DNA from: Candidatus Hydrothermarchaeum profundi
GTDB lineage: Archaea > Hydrothermarchaeota > Hydrothermarchaeia > Hydrothermarchaeales > Hydrothermarchaeaceae
NCBI GenBank assembly: GCA_002011125.2
Contig: MTMF02000009.1
Coordinates: 224,001 to 288,000 of the forward strand
Length of the DNA: 64,000 nucleotides
Reading direction: 5' to 3'
Translations under genes and position numbers: made by a program
The notes under the pieces: generated by a model
Database searches by the model: none
What the model was told of the DNA's origin: nothing
Seen by the model: only the letters and a program-made list of their open reading frames with translations
Part shown: positions 39,347 to 49,265 of the stretch, piece by piece
Layout: every line of letters starts with the position of its first letter
Position numbering within the stretch: the first letter of the stretch is position 1

Positions 39347-42109
39347 ATGAAAATAACTAGGAGGGGCTTTCTTAAAGCTTCTGCAGTAGTAGGGGCTGCA
39401 GCTGCTTTAGGAGGCTATTCCACTTCTAAAAAATACTTCCCAAATGAATTATTTGCGCCAGTAGAAGCTTCACCGGCAAAGGAAGTAAAAAAAGTTAAGA
39501 CCATTTGCTCCTTCTGCGCTATGGGTTGTGGCTATATAGGCGTTGTAGAAGACGGGGTTTTCACTAAGATGGAACCGTGGACTGATAACCCAATAAATGA
39601 GGGAAGGATGTGTTGCAAAGGCGCTTCTCTTCCTAGCGTTACAAATTCGCCTCGAAGACTTAGATATCCTATGGAAAAGTCAGGCGGAAAATGGAAACGC
39701 ATTTCATGGGAAGAAGCCCTGGATAAAGTCGCAGAGAAAATGAAATACCATAGAGAGACACATGGCCCAGATTCTCTCTTCTTCTGTGGATTGGTCCATG
39801 GGTCAAATGAAGAAGCCTATATGTTTAGGAAATTCGCAATGCTTTTCGGTACAAATAACATCGACCATCAGGCGAGAATCTGCCATTCTACAACTGTCGC
39901 AGGCTTACTAAACACCTTTGGGCACGGTGCCATGACTAACACTACGATAATGATGAGGCATGCGAAATGCCACTTCTTTATGGGCTCTAATGCTGCTGAA
40001 GCACATCCGGTCTTTATGAAAAATGTTTTTAATGCAAGAGATGAAAACGGGGCTAAAATAATTGTAGCAGACCCGAGATTTACAAGGACGGCTGCCTTTG
40101 CTGACCTATATCTGCGTTTTAGACCGGGATCTGATATTGCACTAGTCAATGGACTAATTAGAGAGATTATAAAGAATAACTGGGTAGACTGGGATTATGT
40201 AAATAATAGAACATATGGCTTTGAATATGTCGAAAAAGCCGTAGAACCCTATACCCCAGAGGTAGTTGAAGATATTACTTGGGTACCTGCAGAAGACTTA
40301 AAAAAAGCAGCCAGAATGCTCGCTGAAAATAGACCTAGTAATGTTATCTGGTCCATGGGTGCTACGCAACACAGCGTAGGAACCCAAATCATTAGATCCT
40401 TTGCTATTTTAAATTGTATCCTAGGTAATCAGGGACAGTGGGGCGGAGGCTGCGTGCCAATAAGGGGTCACGACAATGTTCAAGGAGTAACGGATATGTG
40501 TGTGCTATCCCATTTCTTACCAGGGTACTATAGTGTAAAGAGCCAGGGATCATGGGATTACTATGCAAAGGTTTTCAGCGAATCCCCATATACCTCAGGT
40601 AAGATAACTCCCGCAGAACTGAAGGCAAGATTTGGAGGAAAATTCACTGACGCGGCAGGAAAAGAAAAAGATCTGCAACTCCTGCCAGGATTTACTGTAT
40701 CAAATTGGTACAATGGAGTATTATTACCGCCTATTGAGGGAATAGACCAACCGACAAACATACATATGGCAATATTCTGGGGCGAAGCAATAAGCTCTAT
40801 AACGGAGATGAAAAAAGAGAAGGAAGCATTAGAGAAACTTGATATGCTTGTTATTATAGACCCATTCCCAACCGCAGCAGCAGCTCTTCCTGAGAGAGAT
40901 GATGGTATCATATTACTGCCAGCTTCAACTAGACAAGAAGGCTCTGGCAGCGTTACTGATACAGGTAGAGGATGGTTCTGGAGAGATCAAGTTATCTCTC
41001 CTATGTTTGACAGCAAACCTGATATGTGGATACTACAAGAACTAGCTAAGAGACTTGGATTTGGAGACCACTTCGATTACAAGAGTATAGAGGATGTGAC
41101 TAGAGAGATCAATATGGCTTGTAGGCCTATAGGACTGCAGGGTCAAACCCCAGAAAGATTAAAGAGGCAGAAAGAATATGCTCACCTTTTTTCACCTAAG
41201 ACTGGTAGAGCAACGGGAGGACCTGTCGATGGAGAATGGTGGGGACTACCATGGCCGTGTTGGACTGATACCCATCCAGGAACTCCAGTACTCTATAGTG
41301 ATCTATTGCCAGTTAACGAGGGCGGCCATGACGTAAGAGCTAAATGGAAGTATCCCTCAGATGAGCCTAACGCTGGCGATCCTATAGTTCGTGGAGACAC
41401 GCCTCCCTATGGATCAGCAGTTCCTCAATATGCGGGCTATGCTACCGACCTTACCGGCGAAGTAGTTAAAAAAGCACTAGCTGACGGTAATCCCCCAACA
41501 GGCAGAGGTAGGGCTAGGCTTAGGATCGCTGGTTGGGCGGACGAAGTCCCAGTACATAGGGAACCTATAGAAAGCCCACGACCAGATCTTGTAGAGAAAT
41601 ACCCAACATACCCTGATCAGCCTTTCCAGTATAGAATTACCAATGCGGAATTTGCTACAGAACAACAGCGCGCAATAGCTGAAAAACGCTATGAGAAGTA
41701 TCCAATCGTCTTAACTAGCGGTCGTCAAGTAGAGCATCACGGCGGAGGTGCACAGACTAGGAGTTCCTATATCTTAGCAGAACTTATGCCAGAGTTATAT
41801 GTAGAGATAAATCCAAAGCTCGCTGCATCGAAAGGTATAAACAATGGTGATATGGTATGGGTAGAATCTGCGAGGGGCAGGATAAAAGTTAGAGCCAAGA
41901 TAACAGAGAGGGTAAATGAAAAAACGGCATTCGTTCCTTTCCATTGGAACGGTATCTTTGAGGGAGAAGACTATAGCGATAGGTGGCCTGAAGGAACTAA
42001 GGAACTAGTTCAAGGGGACTCCGTTAATATAATCACTTCCCCGGGTGTAGATCAGATCACTCAGATGCAGGAGACTAAAGTAGCCTTGTGCAATATTTAT
42101 AAGGCGTGA
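39347..42109 (+). CDS. fdhA: Tat-exported formate dehydrogenase alpha subunit (Cys-type)
   Basis: TRRGFLK signal, CSFCAMGC..C, DHQARICHS active site, RGHDNVQG. Confidence 0.9.
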   Translation: MKITRRGFLKASAVVGAAAALGGYSTSKKYFPNELFAPVEASPAKEVKKVKTICSFCAMGCGYIGVVEDGVFTKMEPWTDNPINEGRMCCKGASLPSVTNSPRRLRYPMEKSGGKWKRISWEEALDKVAEKMKYHRETHGPDSLFFCGLVHGSNEEAYMFRKFAMLFGTNNIDHQARICHSTTVAGLLNTFGHGAMTNTTIMMRHAKCHFFMGSNAAEAHPVFMKNVFNARDENGAKIIVADPRFTRTAAFADLYLRFRPGSDIALVNGLIREIIKNNWVDWDYVNNRTYGFEYVEKAVEPYTPEVVEDITWVPAEDLKKAARMLAENRPSNVIWSMGATQHSVGTQIIRSFAILNCILGNQGQWGGGCVPIRGHDNVQGVTDMCVLSHFLPGYYSVKSQGSWDYYAKVFSESPYTSGKITPAELKARFGGKFTDAAGKEKDLQLLPGFTVSNWYNGVLLPPIEGIDQPTNIHMAIFWGEAISSITEMKKEKEALEKLDMLVIIDPFPTAAAALPERDDGIILLPASTRQEGSGSVTDTGRGWFWRDQVISPMFDSKPDMWILQELAKRLGFGDHFDYKSIEDVTREINMACRPIGLQGQTPERLKRQKEYAHLFSPKTGRATGGPVDGEWWGLPWPCWTDTHPGTPVLYSDLLPVNEGGHDVRAKWKYPSDEPNAGDPIVRGDTPPYGSAVPQYAGYATDLTGEVVKKALADGNPPTGRGRARLRIAGWADEVPVHREPIESPRPDLVEKYPTYPDQPFQYRITNAEFATEQQRAIAEKRYEKYPIVLTSGRQVEHHGGGAQTRSSYILAELMPELYVEINPKLAASKGINNGDMVWVESARGRIKVRAKITERVNEKTAFVPFHWNGIFEGEDYSDRWPEGTKELVQGDSVNIITSPGVDQITQMQETKVALCNIYKA

Positions 42110-42123
42110 GGGAGGTGTGAAGG

Positions 42124-42666
42124 ATGGTTAATTTAAAATTTCTTCTGGATCACACAAGATGCATAAGATGTAAAGGATGCGAAGCGGCTTGCAAGACACA
42201 GAATGACGTGCCTGTGGGGATACGTAGAATAAGAGTCGTAGCTGTTAATGAAGGGAAACCTGGAGAAAAGAACGTCCCCCTGCCATGTTTACACTGTGAT
42301 GATGCCCCTTGCATAAAAGTTTGCCCAACAAGAACTCTCTATAAAAGGGAGGACGGCGCTGTACTTCACGATAAGGATAAATGCATTGGCTGTGGATACT
42401 GCCTAATGGCTTGTCCCTTTGGGGCCCCGCAATTTCCTGGCAGCGGCCCCTTCGGTTCTAGAGGCAAGATGGACAAGTGTTCCTTCTGCGTACAGCCTTT
42501 CATACAGAAAGAAAATGGTCAGAAGATTTTTAGAGAGCCTATCGCAAGATGCGCTGTCTTTTGCGCAACCGGGGCTTTGGATGCGGGAGACGCAACTGAG
42601 ATATCAGCCAAATTTAGGGAGAGAGTTGCAGCAAAGATTCAGCCTCTCACCGGTACTTTAGTATAA
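42124..42666 (+). CDS. fdhB: Formate dehydrogenase Fe-S beta subunit
   Basis: CIRCKGCEAAC, CLHCDDAPC, CIGCGYCLMACPFGAPQF, KMDKCSFC. Confidence 0.9.
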   Translation: MVNLKFLLDHTRCIRCKGCEAACKTQNDVPVGIRRIRVVAVNEGKPGEKNVPLPCLHCDDAPCIKVCPTRTLYKREDGAVLHDKDKCIGCGYCLMACPFGAPQFPGSGPFGSRGKMDKCSFCVQPFIQKENGQKIFREPIARCAVFCATGALDAGDATEISAKFRERVAAKIQPLTGTLV

Positions 42667-42695
42667 ATAGGGGAGGCCACATCCCCCCTATTTAT
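42663..42695. repeat. Intercistronic 11-bp inverted repeat
   Basis: ATAAATAGGGG (42663-73) / CCCCTATTTAT (42685-95). Confidence 0.7.
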
Positions 42696-42698
42696 CAG

Positions 42699-43625
42699 GT
42701 GATATCTATGGTGATGTTATACGAACTCTGGCCCTGGGAAGTTCCTGAATATGCTCCATGGAGTTGGATAATAGCATTCTACCTCTTTCTTGGCGGAGTA
42801 GGAGCTGGTGCTTTAGTTACAGCATCGTTAGCCGATCTAATTGGTAGAGGTAAATATCGCGATATCTCTAAATCCGGAGTATTGATAAGTCCAATAGTAC
42901 TAATTATTGGTTCCATACTCCTTCTTTTTGATCTTGGAGATCCTCTCCGAGGGATTCAAATCCCAAGAGCTTTTGTTAACACGGGGTCTTGGTTAGCTAT
43001 CGGCGCATGGCTGTTGATGATTACTATAATTTTAGGCTTTACATACGCTTATACTTTGTTTAGAGATAAAAGTAGGGGACTCCGCGTCTTTCTCGCAATA
43101 ATTGGCATTTTATTAGGTATCGCGGTTGGAACTTATACCGGGTTGCTTCTTCGAGTACTTCAATTTATTCCTCTTTGGCATTCTGACTTTCTCCCACTTT
43201 TATTCGTCCTATCCGCCCTATCTACAGGTCTAGCTGCGACTTTATTCTTCCCTCTGTTGACCAAACTAACTGAGGAAAAAATGAAAACGGTTCACAGACT
43301 GAGTATAGTCGACGATGCTATAGTTGCCTTTGAAATACTAGTGCTAGCTATATTCATCGATAGTGTTAGTAAGACTAATGCCTTCGGTATGGAGTCTGTT
43401 GCCGCGATAACGACGGGGGTTTATTCTCTACTGTTTTGGGTTGGTGTAATAGGCATAGGCCTCGTGGCTCCGCTTTTCCTTTCCACTATGTCACTGACTG
43501 TAGTGAAGCATTCTAGAACACTACCAATTATAGAATTTACCTGCGTTTTGATTGGGGGACTACTACTGCGATTAATAATAATATACGCAGCCATTAAACA
43601 ACCAATTTTCTTTCCAGTAATTTGA
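42699..43625 (+). CDS. NrfD/PsrC-family membrane anchor
   Basis: W.W.IAFYLFLGG, DLG.P.R, SWLAIG, YTG.LL, SALSTG, GGLLLR. Confidence 0.9.
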   Translation: MISMVMLYELWPWEVPEYAPWSWIIAFYLFLGGVGAGALVTASLADLIGRGKYRDISKSGVLISPIVLIIGSILLLFDLGDPLRGIQIPRAFVNTGSWLAIGAWLLMITIILGFTYAYTLFRDKSRGLRVFLAIIGILLGIAVGTYTGLLLRVLQFIPLWHSDFLPLLFVLSALSTGLAATLFFPLLTKLTEEKMKTVHRLSIVDDAIVAFEILVLAIFIDSVSKTNAFGMESVAAITTGVYSLLFWVGVIGIGLVAPLFLSTMSLTVVKHSRTLPIIEFTCVLIGGLLLRLIIIYAAIKQPIFFPVI

Positions 43626-43646
43626 AGATCAAACTCGGCCTGGGTA

Positions 43647-45650
43647 TTGCAAATGAAATTAGGCGTATTCCTCTGTTCCTGTGGTAAAACATCGAATGTA
43701 AAACTAAATGCATTGAAAAAAATAAGAGGAGCGGATGTAGTAGAAGCCCATGAACTACTCTGCCAAGAAGATGGCTTATCTTACATTGCCGACGATGTTA
43801 GGAGAAAAAACCTAGACACTATTTTAGTGGGTTGCACAGAAAAGGAGGAGATATTTGAAGCTTTAGCGGAAAAGCTTGCGGTAGATTTGGTAACCTTGAA
43901 CCTATGTGCGCTTTGCGGTTGGGTTCATAACAGGCAAGAGGCTACCGAAAAAGCAAAGATACTTGTCGGGTGCGGAATAAAAAAGCTTGAAGAAACTCCA
44001 ACTCCTACTACTATAAAAGTAAATGTCAATAAAAGCGTCCTAGTAGCCGGAAGTATGGGTGCGCTTAGGAAAATTGCAGTGGAACTTACCAAATTAGCAG
44101 ATGTAACATACGTACCAGACACGCTAGGTAAAGTCATAAATGTGAAAGGACGTCTCGGGGATTTTGAGGTAGAAATTGAAGCAAATCCTATAGACTGGCA
44201 GAAATGCGTCTTCTGCGGTAAATGCTTGCTTAATTGTCCGGAAAACGCCATTAGTTTTGACAAGTTTTTCTACATAAATGAAAAGTGCACCAAATGCGGA
44301 AAATGTATAAAAATTTGTCCTGCTGGAGCAATAGACTTTCAAGCGTCTAATAAAATACTGAATTTCGCTCAGGTAATCCTAGACTCAGAAGAATTTCCAA
44401 AAAGGTTAGGGATACATGTAATCAGGCATGAAGATGAAGCATTGACAACTTTCTCAGAGGTTGTAGCCCGGATAGGCGGAATAACCAAGGCTAAATTTAT
44501 CGATGTAGATCTAAATAATTGTGCAGCCGGAAAATCTGGCATTATTGGTTGTAGAATATGTGAGTCTTCATGTCCTTATAACGCAATATTAAGGCAAGAT
44601 GATAGAGTAGTGTTTGATGACATCTCGTGTACAGGATGTGGCTTATGTACGTCTTTATGTCCCATCACTCTGCCGCAACTTAAAGAATATCCCAGCAAAC
44701 TCATTTACTCGCAACTAGAAACTCTCCTTGAGGCGAAAGTGAAAAAGAAGATCGTGATGTTCACATGTGAATGCGGTATGGAGATATTATCCAAAACAGG
44801 TGCAGAGAGATTAGAATATCCTCCCGTACTGCCATTATTCGTACCTTGTCTTTCCATGGTATCTGAAACTTACATTCTTAGAGCCCTTGAGCTTAATGCA
44901 GATGGAGTACTGCTTATGAGAGGGAAATGTATTCATGGCATTAAGAATGTCCCTGGGTCCAAGTTTGCTAGAATATTCCAACATGCCTTTGAGCTTGAGG
45001 ACCGAGTTATGATTATAGAAGCAACTAATCCGCAAGATTTCACTCAGATGGTTAGAGAGTTCTATGAAAAATTGACCCCCTCTAAGCAGTTTAAAATGCT
45101 TTCAACTGTAGTGGGTAATAAGAGAGCGGATTTAGTACGGATTACTAAGAGTTTTTTGCAAAATACTGGAATAAAGCCGTCACCACTCCAGATTCTGGAT
45201 TTCCCTTTCGCTGATATATTAATAGATAAGGAAAAATGTACTCTGTGCTCTACCTGTATGAATATGTGCCCCACAGAGGCCATAAAGAGGGAGGACGCTG
45301 GTAAAATAGTGTTTTCATATTCATATTGCATAGCCTGTGGGCTTTGCTGTGAAGCTTGCCCTGAGAAAGCTATAACTATGGCAAAGATTCTTGATTTACC
45401 GAGATTAGCTAATAATGAGAGAAAAGTGTTGGTAGAATCTGAGCTTTTAAAATGCAAAAATTGTGGAAAGCCTTTTACCACAGTTAGCTCTTTCGAAAAG
45501 GCTTTTAGCATATTAAAGGACTCTGGAAGTGCTGGTGAATTCGATCTTGAAAGTCAGAGAGAGCTGATGCTTTTATGCGAAAATTGTAGACCCCTTTTCG
45601 CATTAGATATTTATCAGAGGAAAGCTTATGGGGATAAGGGAAGTTCTTGA
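43647..45650 (+). CDS. Polyferredoxin with HdrA-like N-terminus and MvhD-like domain
   Basis: GVFLCSCG...CGWVH...ATEKA; several CxxCxxCxxxCP motifs; FTC...VPC...ADGVL. Confidence 0.75.
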   Translation: MQMKLGVFLCSCGKTSNVKLNALKKIRGADVVEAHELLCQEDGLSYIADDVRRKNLDTILVGCTEKEEIFEALAEKLAVDLVTLNLCALCGWVHNRQEATEKAKILVGCGIKKLEETPTPTTIKVNVNKSVLVAGSMGALRKIAVELTKLADVTYVPDTLGKVINVKGRLGDFEVEIEANPIDWQKCVFCGKCLLNCPENAISFDKFFYINEKCTKCGKCIKICPAGAIDFQASNKILNFAQVILDSEEFPKRLGIHVIRHEDEALTTFSEVVARIGGITKAKFIDVDLNNCAAGKSGIIGCRICESSCPYNAILRQDDRVVFDDISCTGCGLCTSLCPITLPQLKEYPSKLIYSQLETLLEAKVKKKIVMFTCECGMEILSKTGAERLEYPPVLPLFVPCLSMVSETYILRALELNADGVLLMRGKCIHGIKNVPGSKFARIFQHAFELEDRVMIIEATNPQDFTQMVREFYEKLTPSKQFKMLSTVVGNKRADLVRITKSFLQNTGIKPSPLQILDFPFADILIDKEKCTLCSTCMNMCPTEAIKREDAGKIVFSYSYCIACGLCCEACPEKAITMAKILDLPRLANNERKVLVESELLKCKNCGKPFTTVSSFEKAFSILKDSGSAGEFDLESQRELMLLCENCRPLFALDIYQRKAYGDKGSS

Positions 45651-46281
45651 AACCCGCGCGCATCTTTACTCGTTTTTATCCAGAGTATTCTTGGAAGAAC
45701 CTCCAAGGGAGATGATTAAAGATATAGTCAGTGGTAACTTTCCAATTCCCTATTCACTAGGCTCCCTAAACGAAGAGCTAGAAAAGGGTATTAAAATGCT
45801 GGGAGACTTCATAGAAAACGCTGAAAAAAATGAGGATGCTCTTCTCGACCAGCTCACTTGTGAGTATACAGATCTTTTCATCGGTCCTAGCAGGGATATC
45901 ATATTACCTTATGAATCTGGGTATACTAAAATGGCGGAAAAAACAATTCCTGATGTAAAGAAGATGTATAAAAAAGCTGGAATTATGAAGTCAAATGAAG
46001 TTCACGAGCGAGAGGATCATATTGCGCTTGAGCTAGAGTATATGAGTTACCTTTGCTGGAAGGAGTTAGAAGCTTTAGATAAAGGAGATACTGCCCTAGA
46101 GTTGCTTGAAATACAAAAAGACTTCATGGAGAAACATTTAACTAATTGGACTCCAAATTTTTGCAACGATATTCTTAAAAGCAAAAAAGCAATTTTTTAT
46201 AAAAGTATAGCATTGATCACCAAAGGATTCTTAGATTTTGATAAAAATCTTATCGAAGAATTAAAGGGTTATATGGATTAA
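45628..46281 (+). CDS. TorD/DmsD-family chaperone
   Basis: YTDLFIGP, PYES, EREDHIALELEYM, HLTNW. Confidence 0.9.
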   Translation: MGIREVLETRAHLYSFLSRVFLEEPPREMIKDIVSGNFPIPYSLGSLNEELEKGIKMLGDFIENAEKNEDALLDQLTCEYTDLFIGPSRDIILPYESGYTKMAEKTIPDVKKMYKKAGIMKSNEVHEREDHIALELEYMSYLCWKELEALDKGDTALELLEIQKDFMEKHLTNWTPNFCNDILKSKKAIFYKSIALITKGFLDFDKNLIEELKGYMD

Positions 46282-46427
46282 TTTACGAATCTCCATTTCC
46301 CTTGTCGGAGGGCCTGCTGAATATCTTTAACCATATCCATATTTAAGTTATATTTCTTTAACAAGGGCGCTTGGTTCTTCTCTATAAGTATGTTTATTAG
46401 TTCGCTAAGTTTAATTCTAATTTTCAT
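46278..46427 (-). CDS. 49-aa hypothetical protein
   Basis: ATG 46427 preceded by AGGTGA; fills the gap between the chaperone and tatC; no recognisable motif. Confidence 0.4.
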   Translation of the reverse strand: MKIRIKLSELINILIEKNQAPLLKKYNLNMDMVKDIQQALRQGKWRFVN

Positions 46428-46542
46428 TAAGATCACCTTTCTAGTTAGCTTTTCATTTTTGGCTAACGATTTAAAAATTTTATAAAAAATTGTATACTCA
46501 TTTAACGAGAACATTTAAAAATATCTGATATTAAAGAACATC

Positions 46543-47256
46543 ATGGACTCGAGTGACTTAAGACATGAGATACTACAAGAACTCAAGAGTAAATTTGGAA
46601 AGATAATACTAGTATTAATCCTTGGTGTTATTATTGGATGGTACCTGGCTTTTATAACTATTGTAAAAATTAAAGCCAAACTATTGCCCAAGGGAGTTGA
46701 GATCATTGCTCTTACGCCTCTCGAATTTGTGATCGTCCAGTTGAAGCTCTCATTAATCTTTGCTATAGTGATCCTAATCCCCGTTATAGTTTTTATAGCT
46801 ACGAGAAGAGTGAGATTACGAATAAAGAAGAGAACGATGTTCACGTGGGGGATGCTGTTGCTCCTTTTTTTTGTAGGAGGAATCCTCTTCGCATACAATA
46901 TTTTATTGCCTTTCGTAATAAGGATCTTAACCTCAACTGTTGTAGAAACAGGGATAGAGCCTTTATACTCCCTCAGTGGTTTCATGTTCTTCTCAATATC
47001 TATGATGCTTATATTGGGTCTAGTATTTGAATTTCCTGTAATAACAGCATGGTTAAGCAGGACAGGAATAATCTCCTCGCAGATCCTTACAGAAAGAAGA
47101 AAATATGCATACGTGGGGATTTTTGTTGTTGCTGCGGTTATTACTCCAGATCCATCCCCCGTAAGCCAAATGCTGGTGGCCCTACCATTTCTCTTTTTCT
47201 ACGAGGTCAGCGTTATAACAGCTAAAATTTTTGGTAGACGTCAGAAAAGTACTTAA
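46543..47256 (+). CDS. tatC: Tat translocase subunit TatC (copy 1)
   Basis: GLVFEFP, RRKYA, ITPDP..SQ, FYE. Confidence 0.88.
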   Translation: MDSSDLRHEILQELKSKFGKIILVLILGVIIGWYLAFITIVKIKAKLLPKGVEIIALTPLEFVIVQLKLSLIFAIVILIPVIVFIATRRVRLRIKKRTMFTWGMLLLLFFVGGILFAYNILLPFVIRILTSTVVETGIEPLYSLSGFMFFSISMMLILGLVFEFPVITAWLSRTGIISSQILTERRKYAYVGIFVVAAVITPDPSPVSQMLVALPFLFFYEVSVITAKIFGRRQKST

Positions 47257-47314
47257 GTTAAAAGTAGAAGAAAATATATTAAGCCCTTCAGACTCTAATA
47301 GGAGGTAAAACTAA

Positions 47315-47512
47315 ATGGTTGGTTTTGTTGGTCCACAAGAACTGGTTATTATTCTTGCTATCGTCGTTCTTCTCTTCGGCGCTAAAAAGCTTCCTGAGTT
47401 AGCCAGGTCTGTTGGAAAAGCTAAAGGTGAATTTCATAAAGGTCTAGAGGAGAGCACTGAAAAGAAAGAAAAAAAGGAAAAAAAAGAAGAACCCAAAGAA
47501 ACTGAAAAATAG
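47315..47512 (+). CDS. tatA: Tat translocase TatA
   Basis: GPQEL...LLFGAKKLPELARSVGKA..EF. Confidence 0.93.
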   Translation: MVGFVGPQELVIILAIVVLLFGAKKLPELARSVGKAKGEFHKGLEESTEKKEKKEKKEEPKETEK

Positions 47513-47522
47513 GTGAAGGATT

Positions 47523-47849
47523 ATGGTCTTCGGGGTAGGGCCCAATGAGCTGATGGTTATTCTTATCGTGGCTCTCATACTTTTTGGGCCAAAAAAACTC
47601 CCAGAATTAGCTCGGTCTCTAGGTAAGGCTGTAGCGGAGTTCAATAAAGCTAAGGATGAATTCTCTAAGGAGAGTATGAAAAAGATCATTGAGAACGAGA
47701 TAGAACCAAAGAAAGCATCTTATAGCGAGGTCGTGAAAATCGCAGAAAATTTAGGAATTGATGTCGAAGGAAAAAGTGAGCAAGAACTCCTTAAGGAGAT
47801 AACTCGTAAGACTAGTGAAAAAGCTGTTGCCCAAAAAGATCATGAGTGA
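47523..47849 (+). CDS. tatA: Tat translocase TatA/B, second copy
   Basis: LFGPKKLPELARSLGKA..EF plus a C-terminal extension. Confidence 0.88.
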   Translation: MVFGVGPNELMVILIVALILFGPKKLPELARSLGKAVAEFNKAKDEFSKESMKKIIENEIEPKKASYSEVVKIAENLGIDVEGKSEQELLKEITRKTSEKAVAQKDHE

Positions 47850-48567
47850 CGCCTACCTGCCTAGGGATAAGGAACTACCTATCGAAGAGCATCTTATAGA
47901 ACTTCGAAAGAGGCTTCTGGTAATAGTTTTCGCCTTGGGAATAATCACAATAATAGCCTATCCATTTACTGACGAGATAATTTTCGGACTTAGGGATTCT
48001 CTCGTACCTGAAGGAATAAAGATTATAATTCTTAATCCAATAGAATATTTTCTCGCAAGGGCAAAACTTGCTGCCATGATAGCTCTTATCATAGGTATTC
48101 CGCTAGTACTCTACGAGATCTTTAAATTTATGAGGCCGGGATTATTCCCCAGCGAAGAGCGGTTTTTTCTCACGGTTATACCCTCCTCTATTGTATTGTT
48201 CTCTATTGGAGCCACCATATCATATTTCACTTTCACTCCCTTATCCCTGAGGTATTTGATTACTACAACAGAAAGCGTGGCAATTCCAACATTAGTGCTA
48301 GGCAGATTCATTTCTTTCATAACTTTCATGCTTTTGGCTTTTGGATTGATTTTCCAACTTCCTCTAGTGATATGGTTGCTATTGAAGGCCGAACTTATAA
48401 CAGTGCAAGAATTAAAAGAAAAGAGAAAGCTTATTTATATAGGACTTGGGGTAGGAGGGATAATTGTCGCTCCGGATCCTACGCCAATTACTCCATTATT
48501 AGTTGCTATTTCCTTAATTGTAGTTTTTGAAGTCAGCTTATTCTTGGCTGATAAATTAAAAGGTTAA
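47842..48567 (+). CDS. tatC: Tat translocase subunit TatC (copy 2)
   Basis: EHLIELRKRL, F..PGL...E, FQLP, APDP. Confidence 0.9.
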   Translation: MSDAYLPRDKELPIEEHLIELRKRLLVIVFALGIITIIAYPFTDEIIFGLRDSLVPEGIKIIILNPIEYFLARAKLAAMIALIIGIPLVLYEIFKFMRPGLFPSEERFFLTVIPSSIVLFSIGATISYFTFTPLSLRYLITTTESVAIPTLVLGRFISFITFMLLAFGLIFQLPLVIWLLLKAELITVQELKEKRKLIYIGLGVGGIIVAPDPTPITPLLVAISLIVVFEVSLFLADKLKG

Positions 48568-48595
48568 TATATGAGAAAATGATATTGTGTAAAAG

Positions 48596-48835
48596 ATGCT
48601 TAAATGCCCAATATGTAAAAAGGAAACTAGGTTAAAGAGAGTTATAGGTGAAGGAGGAGAGATATTAAAAGACTACATATGTGAAAATTGTTATATAGGA
48701 TGGTATATCCCTGAATCAGGCGGTGCTCCAAAAATAAGAGTATCTACCACTCATTCTATAGCTCAGAAACTCTCTGATGAAGAGTTCAAAAAGCTTTTAG
48801 AAAGAATTAGGAAATATGAAGAATCTCAGAAATGA
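48596..48835 (+). CDS. Small zinc-ribbon protein
   Basis: CPIC...CENC. Confidence 0.6.
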   Translation: MLKCPICKKETRLKRVIGEGGEILKDYICENCYIGWYIPESGGAPKIRVSTTHSIAQKLSDEEFKKLLERIRKYEESQK

Positions 48836-49218
48836 GGCCTTAGTTTTTCCAAAAGTTGTGGCTTTGGAAGAGCTCCAACGATCTTCTCCACTACCTGGCC
48901 ATTCTTGAATAGGAGGAGGGTGGGTATGCTCATTATGTTAAACAGAGTAGCGGTCTTCTTATTTTCATCCACATTGAGCTTAGCGCAGACAAGCTTGCCT
49001 CTATATTCATTAGCAAGGTCTTCTATAACTGGCGCTACTATTTTACAGGGGTGACACCAGTCGGCCCAGAAGTCTACAAGGACCAACGGATATTTTTTGA
49101 TTACTTCACCAAAATCAGAGTCGGTTACCTTTATAACCCCTTGAGGAAAATCCTGTCCCCTGGCTTTTTTAAGCATCTCCTCCATTTTCTTTTTCTTTAT
49201 CCTTTCCACTTCATCCAT
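48826..49218 (-). CDS. trxA: Thioredoxin
   Basis: DFWADWCHPC, SIPT. Confidence 0.93.
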   Translation of the reverse strand: MDEVERIKKKKMEEMLKKARGQDFPQGVIKVTDSDFGEVIKKYPLVLVDFWADWCHPCKIVAPVIEDLANEYRGKLVCAKLNVDENKKTATLFNIMSIPTLLLFKNGQVVEKIVGALPKPQLLEKLRPHF

Positions 49219-49265
49219 GTCTTTTATAAACCCTTAGAGGTCTACATATATAATTTGCGGTAACT

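Noticed and set aside
39347-42109. Selenocysteine in FDH or the hydrogenase
   Set aside because: The active-site codons are TGC (ARICHS; DPCLAC); there is no in-frame TGA.
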